64,000 nucleotides of DNA. Origin: Amoebophrya sp. A120. Its lineage: Eukaryota > Protista > Dinoflagellata. The translations under genes and the position numbers were made by a program. The DNA lies in assembly GCA_905178155.1 (NCBI GenBank), contig CAJINV010000001.1, forward strand, positions 7,671,429 to 7,735,428, written 5' to 3'. A model generated the notes under the pieces. It was not told the DNA's origin. It made no database searches and saw only the letters and a list, made by a program, of their open reading frames with translations. Numbering within the stretch: position 1 is the first letter of the stretch; each line of letters opens with the position of its first letter. Below are positions 32,801 through 46,831 of the stretch, piece by piece.

Positions 32801-35792
32801 GTTCCCGTTGCACGTTCGGCACCAGACCGCGGAGCTGCAAGTAGCTGATGACAATGAGCGTGTAGGCGTAGCTGGACAGCAGCCCGTTTTCGCAGTTCAA
32901 CACTAAGCTGTTGCGCTTCGCCCAGGCCTTCACCCGGCGGACCAGCCCGAGACACAACGGGCTGGTCGCGTACTGGGCAAGCAGCAAGCTGTTCTGCACG
33001 CCGCACACGTTGTTCAGCGTGATGTCCACCGACACGGTGGTTTGTCGCTGCGTGCGCGCACACTTGCGCACCTCGTTGCACTTCAGCAGCGGCACGCGGG
33101 CCTGGTCAACGACCTCAATGTTCTCGTACTTGATCTGTAGTTGCGGTTGTTTCAGACACGACATCTTCGATACAGATAAGGAATTCGAGTTGTCTTTTTG
33201 TTTTTCCAGATTCGCTTCCGCGAGCCGCTTCGCGCAAGCTTGCAGGAAGGAAACCGTTTTTGTGTGGTCGAAGCTGCTGCTCAGGGTTTCGAAGACGCAG
33301 TCCGGCATGATTTCGTCGCGCAGATAGGTGAGGTCCAGGTCGAAGCCCACGCCCGCGTCGGCCGGCAGTGAAAACCCGGTTTTCTGAGAACCGAACACCG
33401 AACTGGTGTGTCCGATGATGTAGTCCACGCGGCGTTTCGTGCCGAGGATGTCGCTGTTCAGATCCACTTCCTGCGATGACAGCTGATGATCCGTTTGCTC
33501 GTGTATCAACGGGGGGCACTGCTTCGACGGTGTACCTACAGACACGACCCTGTGCGACAGTTTTCTAGTCGTGCAGCCGGGTGGGGGGCCATCCGCCGAC
33601 GATTCTAGTTCGGGTGTGATTGGCGCCGAGGAACCTCTCGCGCTCTCTGTTCCGAAGCTGGTCGCGGTCGCTGTCGTTGTAGAAGAGCTAGTGTGTGAAG
33701 ACGAGTGCGAGGCATTACAGGAGTGCTGCATATTTTTACCGGGCCGCAGCACTGGTTCTCCCTCGTGGTCTAAATTGTCTGCAGTGCGGCGACCCTTTGT
33801 TTGCTGGCTCGTGAAACCATCTTCAACTAGCAAATCCTCAATTGGTAAAATTGCGATCCACACCGGCGTCTTGGAACGTAGTACCAAAGTACCTGCATCA
33901 ACGTCGGCACCATAGCCCTGTCGCTTCGTCCTCGTCTTTGTGCTGAACTCGTTTTCTATGAGCTGAATGTGCACCGACGGGCGGGTCGTGTCTTCTTTTT
34001 GCAGGCTCGTGTGACACGCGCCCAACTCGTACGTGTAGTGAAGGTGGTCCGGAAATGGGTCATGGGAGGTGATTTTGTCAGTACGGCTGGCACCGTAAAG
34101 ACGCCCACCGTCCTCGCCCTCGATGTCCATGTGGACAGCGGTGGCGCAGACTTGGTAAGATGAACCACTTCCACTGTACTGGTAGCTGGTGCTCATCGTA
34201 GACGACGACCCTGACGCAGCCGTGGTGCTTGTGGTGGTCGTGGAGTCACCGCTTGTCGCAGGATCCAAATTGTAGGTCATTTTTGTACTCGAATGTTGAC
34301 TAGGAAAATGTTCATGATCTTGACCCATGTAATTAGACGTAGACGAATCGTGAAAAAGATCTCTGGTGTCGTGCCGTCTAATACTGTAGTTTTCGGTGCG
34401 GTCGCCACTTGCTTGTGCCGCTTGTGCCCGTCGCTGCGCAGCCCCGGAGTGATGATTTTCGTCGTATAATGAAGAAGCACCGGCGCCCTGTGGTCGTTGA
34501 TTTAACGATGAAGCGAAGTCAGGATCGTCGCTGCCATTTTTGCCGCCGTTGGTGTCGACCCAGAAACACGAGTGCAGCAGCCGGGCTGCGAGCGTTTGCA
34601 TGAATTCCGCCGTCGTCAATGAGTCAGATATCCTTGCTTGTGCAGTGCCCAAAAATGCGTCCCACTGCTCACGCGACAAGAGGTACCGAAGCTGCAACAC
34701 GTTCTCTTTTGTGCTGTACGGCACTTCGTCTTGCTGTCTTCGACGATGAAGATCCTGCTTCCTGTTTAGACATTCTGTGCGTCCCGCTCCGTCCATCGGC
34801 TCACTTCCGACTCCAACGAGGTCTGAAAAAATCGCATCGATGCGCTGCTGCCGCTTCGTAATTGCGTAGAAGGACCCGGTGCTGTGTCGAGACGCGGTCC
34901 CTCTGCTTTTCGCGAGCGCAGCACAAGTAGGCTGTGATGCGGTCGAATTATTTCGGTAGTACCCCGGTTCGTCGTTACCAAAGCATTTTCCTGATGATGA
35001 AGAACCACGTGCGCGGTTCTCGTGCACAGCCAGAAAGGTTGTAGGCGGCCGAGTTTGAGAGCGATCATGTTCCGCCACCTGTTGGCAGTTGCTGCAAGCC
35101 GGGTCATCTTGCACGACGGAGTGCCAGTCTGTTCCGCTGCTCTCGCGCCCAGGGTAGTTTTCTGGCCTGAACCCGTTTTTTTTCTCAGTTTCGTTTTCTA
35201 GTACCGGTTTCTGTCTGCTGGAGAAATTGGGCTCCCAAGAAGAACCAGCTGGGTCTTCGTGCTCGTCATACTTGTGGTTCACGACCTTCTTTGCCCTCGC
35301 TTGCCTGGTGGTACTCGTATTTTGCGAGCCAGTGGGAACAAAATGACCCGTCGGTTTTTTGTCATCAGCATGAGCATCTTTATACTCAAGTCCCTCGCCG
35401 CCCCTTTTTGGCTTCCGCAAAGTTCGCTCAAAGCCCAGGGCGCGCACTAGTTCCTTCGCTTTCTTTGCAAATTCGGTCGTGGACGGCTCTGGCGGCTTTG
35501 ATTTGTTGTACCAAGATGGCCGCGGGTTGTACAGATTTTCGCACACGTCACCGGGGTACCCCGCATAACCGTCATGGTAGTTGCTCGTTAGTGCTTTTTT
35601 CTTGTTCTTCTGGTTGCGTGCTTTCTTCGGCTGTTTGGCTAGCGGGGGTTTCGTACTACCTTCATCCGTTTTACTTCTCGTTTCGCCGTTTTGGGGAGAG
35701 TAGTCCATTCCGGGCGGGTAGAAGTCGTTGCCGTCGCCGGAACCGGAAGGAGGGGCACGGTGCTGCGCACGATACGCATAGTTTGAAGGCAT
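29820..35792 (-). CDS. Cid1/Trf4/GLD-2-family non-canonical poly(A) polymerase / terminal uridylyltransferase; exons ~35792-32076, 31809-31769, 31501-30946, 30641-29820
   Basis: FGSQKTGF...FDLDL and VSVDITLNN form the catalytic triad, followed by VKAWAKR...LSSYAYTLIVISYLQ. The PAP-associated LLELEYNFFAFW...CAVEDPY is reconstructed by removing three TIR elements. Start codon uncertain. Confidence 0.85.
30646..30944 (-). mobile_element. TIR introner element, family B (299 bp, TSD tccgt/tcctt)
   Basis: tatcaaaatgaaaaatcccccctccccatat / atatggggaggggggatttttcctctcaata. Removal joins AQLRR to IPADNEGRARALL and into ORF 29820..30578. Confidence 0.9.
31506..31767 (-). mobile_element. TIR introner element, family A (262 bp, TSD gtcct)
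   Basis: TIR tatcaattgcaaaagtgtctgggggtggaaga / tcttccagacccagacatttttacatttgata. TSD at 31501-31505 and 31768-31772. Splits VED|PY. Confidence 0.93.
31814..32074 (-). mobile_element. TIR introner element, family A (261 bp, TSD tggac)
   Basis: TIR tatcaaatgcaaaaatgtctgggtctggaag / cttccagacccagacatatttgcattggata. TSD at 31809-31813 and 32075-32079. Confidence 0.93.
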
Positions 35793-37819
35793 CCTGGGCC
35801 ACCGATTATGCGATTGCTTCTTGTCTTGCAGGTATGGACATAGAGAATAAGAAATACGCCCTACTCTTGATGCCTGAGGTTGAGGTTCGTGCTGCTCGTG
35901 ATCGTTTGTTATTCGTTTCTTGGTTTTTCCCGATGGCCCCGTGTTTCCCAACGGAGCGTTTTGTTGCTTTTCTTTTAGATAAAAGATTAATGGATGTTGA
36001 CGTCGCACCAGAAGGACCCCCGCCTAATCTGCAGGACTGATACTAGGTTGAGCGAGACTAGATGAGAACTGCAGTGGGAAAATGTAGAAGCTGGATTCCG
36101 TATCTCCGAACGGACCAAAGCAGCTGTCTTCGTAGTATCCGTATCTAATCGATATATCACTGGGCCGCTTCTCTTTCAAAAGGTAAAGGATTGCTGTTGC
36201 TACAACTCTTCTTCAGAGACTCTTTCGTTGTCTATGTCTTTATTCTCTACTACTAACTTTCTGTCATCCGATTTTTCACTTCTGCGGCGCAACTGCAACA
36301 AGCACTTTTTTATTTTTTCTTCTGTTGCTTCTTCTTACTTTGGTTGGGAGGCCTGGTACCTATCGGCTGCAACGTGTTTGCACTCCACGACGAAGCCGCA
36401 ATGCTGGCACCTCAATGCTCGTGGTTGAAGGACTCAATTGGACGTGATCCACTGGTTTACCGAAAGTAGAGTTTCATACGAGGCGTCGCAGCAGCGGCGC
36501 TCTGCTTTCGCGCAGCTCCCCAGGTGTCGCAAGTCGAGTACGAAGTATCACGCAGCTGGATATTTGCGTTGTATTATTCGCATCAAGTCATGCAATTCTT
36601 ATCGGCCCGATTTTCAGTCGTGGATTTCGATCACTTCAATCTAAGTACCTCCATATTTATTGCCGCCTGCAATTATTTGCAGCTTCATTCAAAAATCGTC
36701 ACGACACAGATAGACGAGACGGGTGTGCGGTAGCACGCGCTCACTAAAGTCATATGTTTTAGTTGCAGTAAAGTGGCGCGTTTCTTGAAACAAAAGTCGG
36801 CACTGCTGTCGCTGTGGTGGTGTAGAATTGTAGACTGCGCAATAGAATTTTTGTTTTTAGATTCTATCTTGTTCTTACAGCAGTTGCCTCGATAAATGCA
36901 AATTCGGACTTTATTGCTTGTGGTTAGTACGTTTCTGATACTTTTTTCTCATACATTCATCCTGGGACAACAAAAAAATATCTTGAATCACAATCAGGAT
37001 CTGGTCGCCTACACGAGAGAAACATAAAAGTTCATGCTCATCGCATATGATCCGCATCATCTTCCGCAAACGTGCACGATCGCATTCCTGAAAAGAAGCG
37101 GACCGGCGTACGATGAAAGTACTCAATTCATGGACATTGAGACTCGAGAAAACGCATCGCAAATAGAACATGTGACTGCATGGGTGCAAGTAAGACCTTC
37201 TGCGGTGACAAGAACCAGTGCTCTCGGCTCACTGCCGATCTTTTTTTGTTCTACCTAGCCTTTTTCCCCCCGCATTTGCCTGCTCAGTTTCTGACTGTTT
37301 CGCATGTCTTGTTTTCACGGCGCGGTCAACGCGCGTTTTCTGTCAAAACAAAATATCTCCACCTCTGCAGAAGCAGAGTGTCGTGCTTGCTGTTCAGGAA
37401 AAAAACATTTTGACAGACTATACGCGAGCGAGCATTCCAATGCAAGGTGTCTACGAGAAAAAAAAGCTATGTATGGATGCGTGATGTAGAGAAGGAGCAG
37501 CCAGGCCCTGATTCTTGGAAAACCAAAATGATATGTACAACGCATGTGTAAATGAACCAAAAAATAAGTACAAGGTATGTTTATGAATGTTTCTTTGTCG
37601 ACTTCTTGTTGCCAATAGCTGCTAATAGAGTCAGATGATATGTTTGATGTTGATGGTCTGTACAACTGTCATAATGAAAAAAAAACGCGAGTCAAAAATG
37701 TCAAACGCTTACGAAAACGACTACAACCTCTGGAAATGGAATAAAAAAAAAACAGATGAAGACAATCTTTGAAACTTTTTTCCCTCTACTTGTCCGATCT
37801 ACGACGTTTTCATCTTCTC

Positions 37820-40800
37820 CTAGGAAAGCGTTCCCAGCACGGGTGGTCCCTTCGCGAGCTCCCGGTCCAAGCAGGTTTTCGTCGGATCGTAGACGGAATC
37901 CGGGATCAGAGACTCGCCGACTTCCGTGCTAGACCAGAGGGTGGTGTTCATCACGGACTTCTTGGGTGTTCCTCTTTTGGCGAGCACCAGTCCCTCGGGC
38001 CGCATCACGTACCCGGACTCGCTGCTAGGACCGTAGGCCTTGCGCATCTTCATGTCGCGCGGCGTGGCCACCTTCTGACCGAGCTGGCCCTTGAGGGGCA
38101 CCGTCGGCAGACTCATGGTGCTGACGCCGATCTTTTTGCCGCCGCGGCCCCGCGCGGCGGAACTCGAGCTCATCGGCGGCTGCTGCCCCTCTTGCTTGGG
38201 CAACATGGTTTTGGATCCCGGGTACTGGATCGCGAGCTTCGTGGATGCCGGTGGAGCGGGCTCCAGTTGCAGCGAGTTTTGCAACTTTTGCAGCAACAGA
38301 TCCGTGACGGCATCCAGAGCAATGGGCTTGTTGTGCCCTTTGTTGTTTCCAACAGCATCTTCCGCAGCGTTCTGCAAGAGCGCCGAGGCTGCGTGTCTCT
38401 CCGCTTCGGACACGACCACCACTTCGCCGGAGACCGGGGACACGATCTGACGGGTACGCGCGGCCATCTCGAGCAGGGCGTGCAGCGAGGGGCCGAACCG
38501 TCGGTCGAGCAGCTTGTCCCGCGCGTCCGCCGCGTCGTTCATGTCTCCCACCAGCATATCCGCCTCGTCGGCGTTCGCCAGCTCCTTTTCTTTCGCCACG
38601 ACATACGCCCGGTCACGGGGCTCCAGGTCAAGTGGCTGTTGCTGTGGTCTTTCGTCGTCGACGGGCGAGAGTGCTCCTCCGTCCACCGGACTTGCTGGCG
38701 CACTGATCTGCGCACCTCCGGTGGCCTTGACGTACTTGCGTTTGATCGGCGTGGTGCTGTGCTTTGGCGCGGCGGTGTGTGGGTCGTTCTGCACGACCTG
38801 GAGGTCCTCGCCCCGGCTCAGCGTCGTGGTCGACAGCGTCGTGTCACCGAGGGACTTATTCGTGCCGGAGAAGCGATTCCATTCCCTGGCGCGTTTGATC
38901 TCCTTCCGCGGTCCGCGGAGCTTGGGCAAGGGGTGGCGCGGACCCCCGACGCCGAGGGCGAAGTGGTACTCCCCGTGATTCAGGTACTGACTGACCATCA
39001 GCTCCTGTACGCTGGCGTTCTTGTTCTTCATCAGCAACCGCTGCGCGGCCCGACCGACTTCGGCCACGCGCGCGGCGTGCTTCTCGCGGAGCAAGGGGTT
39101 GCTGATCTCGTTCGTGTCCACCTGGCCGTCCTTCGGATCAGGAAGTACTCTTTGTAGCGACAAGGTCTCCCCGGCCAGGGCTTTCTTCTTCGTCTCGCTG
39201 TCCGACTTGGCCGCTTTCGTCAGTGCCAGCGTCCGCGTGAAATCCGACAATGCCTCCGGGCCGGTTGGCGTCGCAAGAACTTTGTCCTTGCTCAGAACCG
39301 TGCTGCCGCTGCTCTCGCTCGTTGCCATCACGCTCTGGTCCAGTTGCGTACTGAGCTCGTTCAGCTCCTGCGCGGACAGCAGCTCCTGCTTTTGCTTCAG
39401 CGTCAGCTCGGTTTCGCGCAGCGCCTGCACCAGCCAGTGGGCGTAGGAGAACATGCCGTGCTGGATCTCGGGGAAGTTCTTCAGGCCTGGGAAGTTGTTG
39501 TCGCGCACCCGCGGGTAGAGCGACACCTGATCGCCAAACTCATCCAGCAGCGCGTCTTTCCGGTCCTGGGACAAAATCCTAACAGCCTTTTCCATTTGCT
39601 GGTTCAGATCCTTGTCCAGCAGAAACTTGTTGTAGTGCCACGATCGCAGGTTCCGCCTTTGTGCCCGCAGGTACTTCCGCACCAGCTCCTCCGCCGCGCG
39701 CTGCTTGCGCTCCAGTTGCAGCTCCTTGTCGTCGTCGACTGGGAGTGGGAAGTGGATCAACGGGGAATACTCCGGTTTGCGCGTGCAGGCGTGCCGCAAG
39801 GAGTCGTAGTCCGTCCAATTCGTGAGCACCTCCTGCAAGCAGTGGAACACGTCGTGCGGCGCGAGGTTTTTCAGGAAGCGGCAGAATTCGCTGTTGTGGT
39901 CTTCCAGCACCTCCTTACAGTTGTGCAGCATGGTCCGGGCCTGGTCGTTGTAGTGTGCCTGGATCACTTCCTTCTCGAATTCCCGGACGTTCCCGTCGTT
40001 TTTGTCGTGCAGACTTTCCGCGTCGAAGGGCGCGACGAACCGGGTGTTGCGTCCCATTTCTTCCGCCGCCTCCGCCGACCCGAGCAAGTCGTACAAATTG
40101 TGCTCCATATTCTCCCGCTCCTTCTCCATCCACCACCGAGCTCGGTTCTCCATGCCGCGCTCGGTAACCAGGCGGAAAAACGCGTCTTCGCGCAGGTCCG
40201 TGGCCTCCATGGCGTTCAGTTTTTTGCCCTGCTCCACCTGCGCCGCTTCGCTGGTGTCGCCGTCGTGCAGCGTCTCGTCGTCCGCCGTGTCTTTGCTGCG
40301 AGCGGATTCTTTCTTCGCGAGCTGGAAAAAAGACGGCTTTAATGCGGTCGGAGACTGCTCCTCCTCCTTCTTGTTCGCGTCGCCCTTGTACACGACGAAG
40401 GCCTCCGGCTCGCGCCCGGACAGGCCTTTCAAAACGCGCTCGGAGTCCACCTCGGTCAAGCCCTCGGTAGCGTAGAAGGCCGTTCCGATCTGCACCAACA
40501 AGCGGGACACGATTTGCTCCCGTAATTCCTCCTTCCGCCGCTTCTCCTCCTCGTCCTCCTCCTCCTCCTCGTCTTTGTTCTTTTCTTTCTCGGCGTCCTC
40601 CTCTTCGGACGACTCCAGCTCGCTCGCCGGCAGGATCTTCATGGACTCCAGCAGTGTGGACAGCAGGATGCACTCGACCTTGTAGTCGACCACGCCCGCC
40701 TTCGCGAGCGCCTTCTTGCACTCCCGTTCGAACTCGACACTGCCGGTGACGTCCACGCGGGGCAAAAATTCCTTTCCGTACTTCAAAACCAGCTCTCGCA

Positions 40801-43800
40801 CGACGGCGGTTGGCACATCCTCTTCCGGGTTGATGGCGTTGCCGGCCTTGTTCTGCTTGCCAAAGAGCGTCTGCAAGGACGGCGGCATCCCCATCTGCAC
40901 CCGCTTCAGCTGGTGGTCCAGGTACCACTGCCGCACCTGCTCGTAAATCTTGCTCTTCTTCGGGGCAGAGTGCTTGTGCTTCTTCGGAGATAAAGCTGCA
41001 TGGGCTGGCTCGATCGTGGTGGACCCCTGTCGTGAGTGCGCAACACTGCTGTGCTCGCCGTCCTCCGAGAGCGCAGGCACAAAATCTCCTCCGATTTCGT
41101 CTCCGTGTTCTGCTAAAAATTCTGCGCGCTCCTCGGCCAAGCGCTGTTCTTCCTCCGCGGCTCGCGCAGCCTCTTCCGCCTCTTTCGCGAGTTGCGCGTC
41201 CTTTTCGGCGCAAACTAGGTTATAGGCTTCCTTGACCGCCGCAACCCGCTTCTTCTCGAACTCTTTCAGAGCCAGCGTCAATTCCGTCGGCTTCTCCACT
41301 TGGTCCAGCGGAAACGGCGGCTTCTTCGACTCGTCCAGGTCCCGCGGCGAAAACACCTGGCGCATCTTGTCCGCGGGGAACACACCCTTCACACTCGGCT
41401 CCTGCTGCCACAAGTGCGCCTCCGTGGCGTCCACGCCGAACAGACCGAAGCGGGCGCCGCGCGAGCCCTGCAGCTCGGAAACCAGCCGCTCCTTCTTCAT
41501 CTGCTTCAGCGTCTTCTTCGTTTCTGCCGGGTCGACCACGTCCACTGGCGTGTCGATTGCCGCGCGCGAAAAGATGCCCATCCCCGTGGTCTTGCCTGCG
41601 GACTGCAGCTTGCTCAGCGGGATGCCGACCAGGTTGGACAGCGCGACCATTTTTTCCAATTCCCCGTCCTCCTCCTGCTTCCGCGTCTCCAGACGGGTCC
41701 GGTACTCGTTGAACCACTCGGTTTTCACGTCGCTCCCGACCGTGAACTCGGACAAGGACCGCTGGACGATCTTCTCGGTCACGCCCAGGCCCTGCAGAAT
41801 CCCGGTCTCCTGATCCTCCTCGGAGGCGGAGATGACGATGTCGTGCGCGAAGGAGTAGGAGCTCTGCAGACGGCCCGACATCCGGCGGGCGGGCGCCTTG
41901 GCCAGAATCGTCAGGACCCCGTCGTTGTCGAACATGCCGTGGCGGTGGCCGTCGTGATCCGGGCTGGGCGGGCCCTGCCTTTGGAGGTCCTGTGAGTTGT
42001 CCGTCAGCGTGGCCTGCTCGTGCGACCCCACCTGGAGGTGCCCGTAGAACTCCTTGCCGGACGAGAGCAGCCGCCGCCGCATGTCGTCCGTCGCTGGATC
42101 CATGCGGTTCTGCGTCTTCTTCATGTGGCGCCGCAGCGACTTCTGCTCCCGCCGGCGGGACTTCACGGAGGGATCTTCGGCGTCTAGCTGCGTCGTGGAC
42201 TCGGGCGTCGACTCGCGGAGCTCGGGAATCGCTTGGTCAACCTCGTGCTTGTAGAAGTGGAACACACTGCTCTCGTGCTCCATACTAGTGTTGCACTGGC
42301 TGGGGGTGCTGTCGTCCTTGGATAGCACATCAGCACGATTTTGATTCATTTCCTGCGCTACAATTTTTGTTTCGTCAACACGACTCCCCGTCTTGCTCTC
42401 CAGCGCATGATCCTCTTCGCGCACGCTGACGCTCGGCTCGCTTCGGAGGCGCTTGGAGGAGGTAAAGAAGCTGGCACCGCGAGAAATCAGTTCTTCGTCC
42501 GTCGAGGGCTGCAAAGGGATGTACTGCACGTCTTCGGATGAGGATCCACCACAGGAGGACGAGGCTAAGCTAGTGAGGTTCGCAGCACGCTCGTGATCAC
42601 CTTCCAGTGCGATAGGACTTTCAGTTGCTTCGTTTTGCTGTTCGTCGTTAGGAGAGACATTTTCTGCTTCATTTTCTCCAGCAGGCACCTCCACTTCCAC
42701 AGTCGCTCCTGGTTGTAGTTCTACTGGTGCATCATCAACAACATCCGGCGTGCCTTCTTCCGCCTGATCTAAATCCTGCATGTTTGCGACCAGTGCGTGC
42801 GCCACAATCGTCGCACCGACATCGTCGTCGCTCGGCTCCGAGTTGCGCATGAAACTGCGCGCAGGCCGGTCGGTGTCCGCACTGTGCACCGACATCGCCA
42901 TCTCGCGCTCCACGTCAGACGGCAAGTCATCCGCGTCGACCACGTAGCCCGGAACGACCATGCTGTCGGAAGCGATCTGCTGGACGAGAGCTTCGTCACC
43001 CTCCTGTGCGTCGGCGCCGAGAATGTCCTGCTGCAACTGGTCCTCGCCCGCACTGGAGCTGGAGGAGCCCAGAGCGCCAAACAGGCGGTCCTCGCGGGAG
43101 ATCTGCTGCGCTTGCTCCGCAAAGGGAGCTAATCCACTTGGCGTTTCCGGGCGCGAGCCGCCACCGACCAAGGCGCCGACATCCAACAGCTCCTCATCTA
43201 CCGTGTAGTCTTTCTCCGCGGTCGCGCGCGCGCGGCGACTCTGCGGCGTCTGTTCGACCGAGAAGTCGATCTTCGCACCGGACCCGGCGTTCAGCAGTTG
43301 CGTCGGAAGTCGCAGCAGCGCGCTGCCGCGCGGCCGGGCCTTCGCCGGCTGCTTCGGCGAGGAAAAACCGCTGCGCTGGCCATCAGACGCGCCGGAGCCC
43401 TGGGGGGAGAAGTGAACGTGTTTGTCGTGGTCGACGTGGTCTGCGCCGCTTTCCCGACTCAGAATGCTGGCTCTCGGGGAGGAGTGTTCCGCACAGGGGG
43501 AGGAGGCCACCGTGCTTCCCGGCTGTGTCGACGCCGTACTGGGCGGTGCGAGGAATTTTGCCACCTTCGCAAATTTCGCGTGCGACCAAGATTGCGTCTG
43601 CTCCAGCCAGTCCGGCAGCGGCGCAACGTCGGGCTCGAGCTTGTCCAGCCGCTCCACGTTTGCGGCAAAGATGGTCTCCTTGATCGCGAACGGCTCGCAC
43701 CCCTTCACCACGTAGTGCCCTCCGTGCTGCAAATCTTTAAACACCTTCACTCGCTTTCGCGTGAACGCGTCGAACAGCGCGTGTACCCGTCCCGTGCTCG

Positions 43801-46164
43801 GCGGCGCGTACTTCTGGACCAGGGTCAAAACCAGTTGCAGACTCTTCACGCTCTTGCTGCCCTTGATCAGCAACGGCACCGGGCCGTCCTTGGTCTTGTG
43901 GTTCTGGTGCAAAAAAAGCAGCATTTGCTTTGGATAATCCCTCCGCCCCATCTCGAGGAAAATGCTTTCACTGCCGTGCGCGCCCGGCGTGGCCTGGTGG
44001 CCCTGGCGGGTGAACAGACTGGCGACGTTTTCCGTCTCATCCGAGAACAGATCGATTTTTTTCGCCGCGTTCTTGTCCACGCGCGAGGCAAAGTAGCCGC
44101 CCGTGGACGTCTGCGAAGAGTCTTGCTTCGAGGAATCCATTTCACTGTCGTCGCCCCTGGATGACGGTCGCTCCGCCTGAATGCGCTGATCCAGCGACAC
44201 CAAAGCTTTCTTCGCTTTCTTGTTCTTCACGTCGTCACTGTGCTGCTCCTCCGCGGCCTTCAGCTGCTCCGGGGTCAGCGGCCGGGAAAACTGCCGCTGC
44301 AGCTCCTCGCGCGTGGGCTTGTCGTTGACGAGGGGCTGCAACTTACTCAAGTTCGTGCCCGTGTTGTTCTGAATGTGGATCACCATGTCCTGGAAGTATG
44401 GCATCAGCGAGTAAAGGTCTTCAAACGTGATGAAGCCCTTGTGCGCCTCATCGAGCAGAGAGTAGAGCAGTGTCGCCTCGAGCCGCACGTTGTCCCACAG
44501 GAATTTTATGAACCTCCGCTTGGACACTTTGCCTTTCTCGCTCGACTCTTCGCCTTGCATCGCCTCGAACACCTTGCGCAAGCTGCCGTACCCGTCAATG
44601 ACAAACGTCAAAAACCGCTCGACATCCAAAGAACCGGAGGCGCTCTGATCGATCTTTTCTTGCAGCGTCAAGTGGTCCGGATTCCGGACGTGGTCCACGT
44701 CCTTCTTCTGCGCGCCCTCCGCCATCATCAACAACATGTTTGCGCCGAGCACATTCCCCCACAGCTGCATCGACTGCCGCAATTGCGTCTGCGTTTGCAG
44801 CGTTTGCACCTGGCCCTTCTCGGTTTGCAGCCGCTTCAGTGCGCCGAACTGGTGGACGCCGGGCGGCTTTTCCGACCCATACAGGGCCACGTTGATCCGA
44901 TCCAACTCCGGCTTCATGGGGATTATCTTCGGCCGCGCATCTATCGGCGCGCCCGCTTGTTGCTCCGCAGAAGCGTCGGGCTGCTTGCTCTGCTCCTTTT
45001 CCGCCTCCTGGGCTTTGTTATACGCCTCGCGTTCCACGCGGTCCGCAACCGCGACCATGCGCGGGCCGTGCCAGAACATCAGCTCCTGTGTGTCCTCCTT
45101 CCGGTAGTAGTACTTGACGTGACGGGACTTGTCTTGCAGCGAAACGGCCATGCGTCGGCGGTCCTTGTCGGCGGTGTAGGGAATGAACCCCATGGACCGC
45201 CACCGGATCATCGGATCCAGCATTACTTCCTTGAATTCGCGAAACAGCTGCGCGTCCTCCCCAATCTGCTTGAAGCACTTCTCAGCGACGGCGAACCAAG
45301 ATTTGCGTCCGCGGCGGGCCTGGGGTTGGATTTTTGAAAATTTCCGCGACGAGAGTAACTACTTCAAGCATCAATCTATCATCGCTAGAAGAACGCAGAA
45401 CCTCAAAAAAGGAGCTTAAAAAAAGTGCACGGTTTCTATTTTTCATTTATACTCAAAAGTACCTTCGCAAGTTTCCTCGCCACCCTCGCGTCCAACGAGG
45501 AAGCCTGTTTCGTTTTCTCGATCGACGCTTTTGCCAAGCCCGACTGCATGTCGAAGAATTCTTGAAAGGCTTGCGAGATCGACACGCGCTTCTCTTTCAC
45601 CTTGGACTCGGGGTCCTTCGGCTCGCGCTTTTTCACCTCCCGGGTCTCCGCCGCGTCGGCCTGCGCCTTTGCCAAAAACAGCCGCGTTTGCGACAGACTC
45701 TTCGCCACGTCGGCGAAGGATTTCCGCGGTTTGGCCGCCATCTCCGGGTCCTCCAGTGGGTTCGCGACCGTCCGGTCCAGCGCCTTTTTCTCTTCCTCCG
45801 CCTGCTCCGCGACCTGTTTCCGCTTGAAGTGCAAAAACTCGTCGATCAACTGCTTGGTCCGCACCAGCATCGGAAATTTTCGTCGGCGCTGCGAGAACCC
45901 AATGATGGTGGTCGAGTCGTTCAGGTGTTTCGGCGGGCCCTTTTTCACCTCCTTCTTCGGGTACTGCTGTTTCACGAACTGCGTCATGCTCAGCATCGGC
46001 GCCAGTGCGTCCAGCAGTTTCTTCTTGCCGGAGCCGGAAGTGGGCTGCACATGCCCGAGCACGGCCCCAAACGCGGTGGACCCGGGCGCGGACGTCGTGG
46101 CCGCCACGTCGGTGGTGGGCTCGGCCTCCGGGAGAAGATCCATCTCCTCGTCGGAACTCGCCAT
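37820..46164 (-). CDS. ~2730-aa protein with EF-hand pair, doublecortin (DCX) domain and coiled coils; exons 46164-45463, 45319-37820
   Basis: GT-AG intron 45320-45462 joins in phase 0. EF-hand-like LLDEAHKGFITFEDL; DCX-like GRVHALFDAFTRKRVKVFKDLQHGGHYVVKGCEPF. Confidence 0.8.
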
Positions 46165-46831
46165 TGTGACTGTGGATGTAAATGAGGAAAAAAAAACACA
46201 ATCCAACGCCAAGTCCACGGCCCTCCCTTACTCGTACTGAAGTGCAGCAATAAAGTTCAAAAATGCGAAAAATTATGGGTTTGGTACCACTTATACACGT
46301 ACGAATCAGAGGGAAGACACCACAAATTGAAATCCAAATCTGTCCATGTGTGTTGGTACGACGCTGTGTCAATTACGTAAAACCACGACGACGACAATTG
46401 CAAGAGAAAACGGCATAGAAAGTGCTTCAGACGTTGCTTGTTTGATTCAGCACGAAAAATTTTGTACGAACGTTTTGTACGAACGTATCAGATTGATTCG
46501 TTGCACGACAGACATCAAACACGACGGGACGAAGGTAGGTAGTCGTAACAGTCAGGTCACGCACTTTAATGAGTAGATGTCAAACTTGCGAAGCCAGCAC
46601 GTACGAAGATACTACGAATACCGGATTCAACACTTCTTGTTCCTGATTAGATTTCGCTGAGACTGACTTTGCAGCACGGCGGAGACTGACTTTAGGAAAG
46701 TTTTCTTTTCCTCAAGCAACAGCCTCGCTATTCGCCAAGGTTTGTTTTCTTCCGATCAATATGCACCTGTAGTGTTAGAGTGAGGGAACGACTGAAGGTC
46801 TTGCGAAATCCCGTTGTACAACGAACACGCA

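Noticed and set aside
36050-37760. Short ORFs in the intergenic region between the nucleotidyltransferase and DCX genes
   Set aside because: No coding bias, motifs or repeats recognised.
37769-46372. Many antisense or alternate-frame ORFs (e.g. 37769..39157, 39344..40342, 44240..45337)
   Set aside because: Shadow ORFs of a GC3-rich coding strand.
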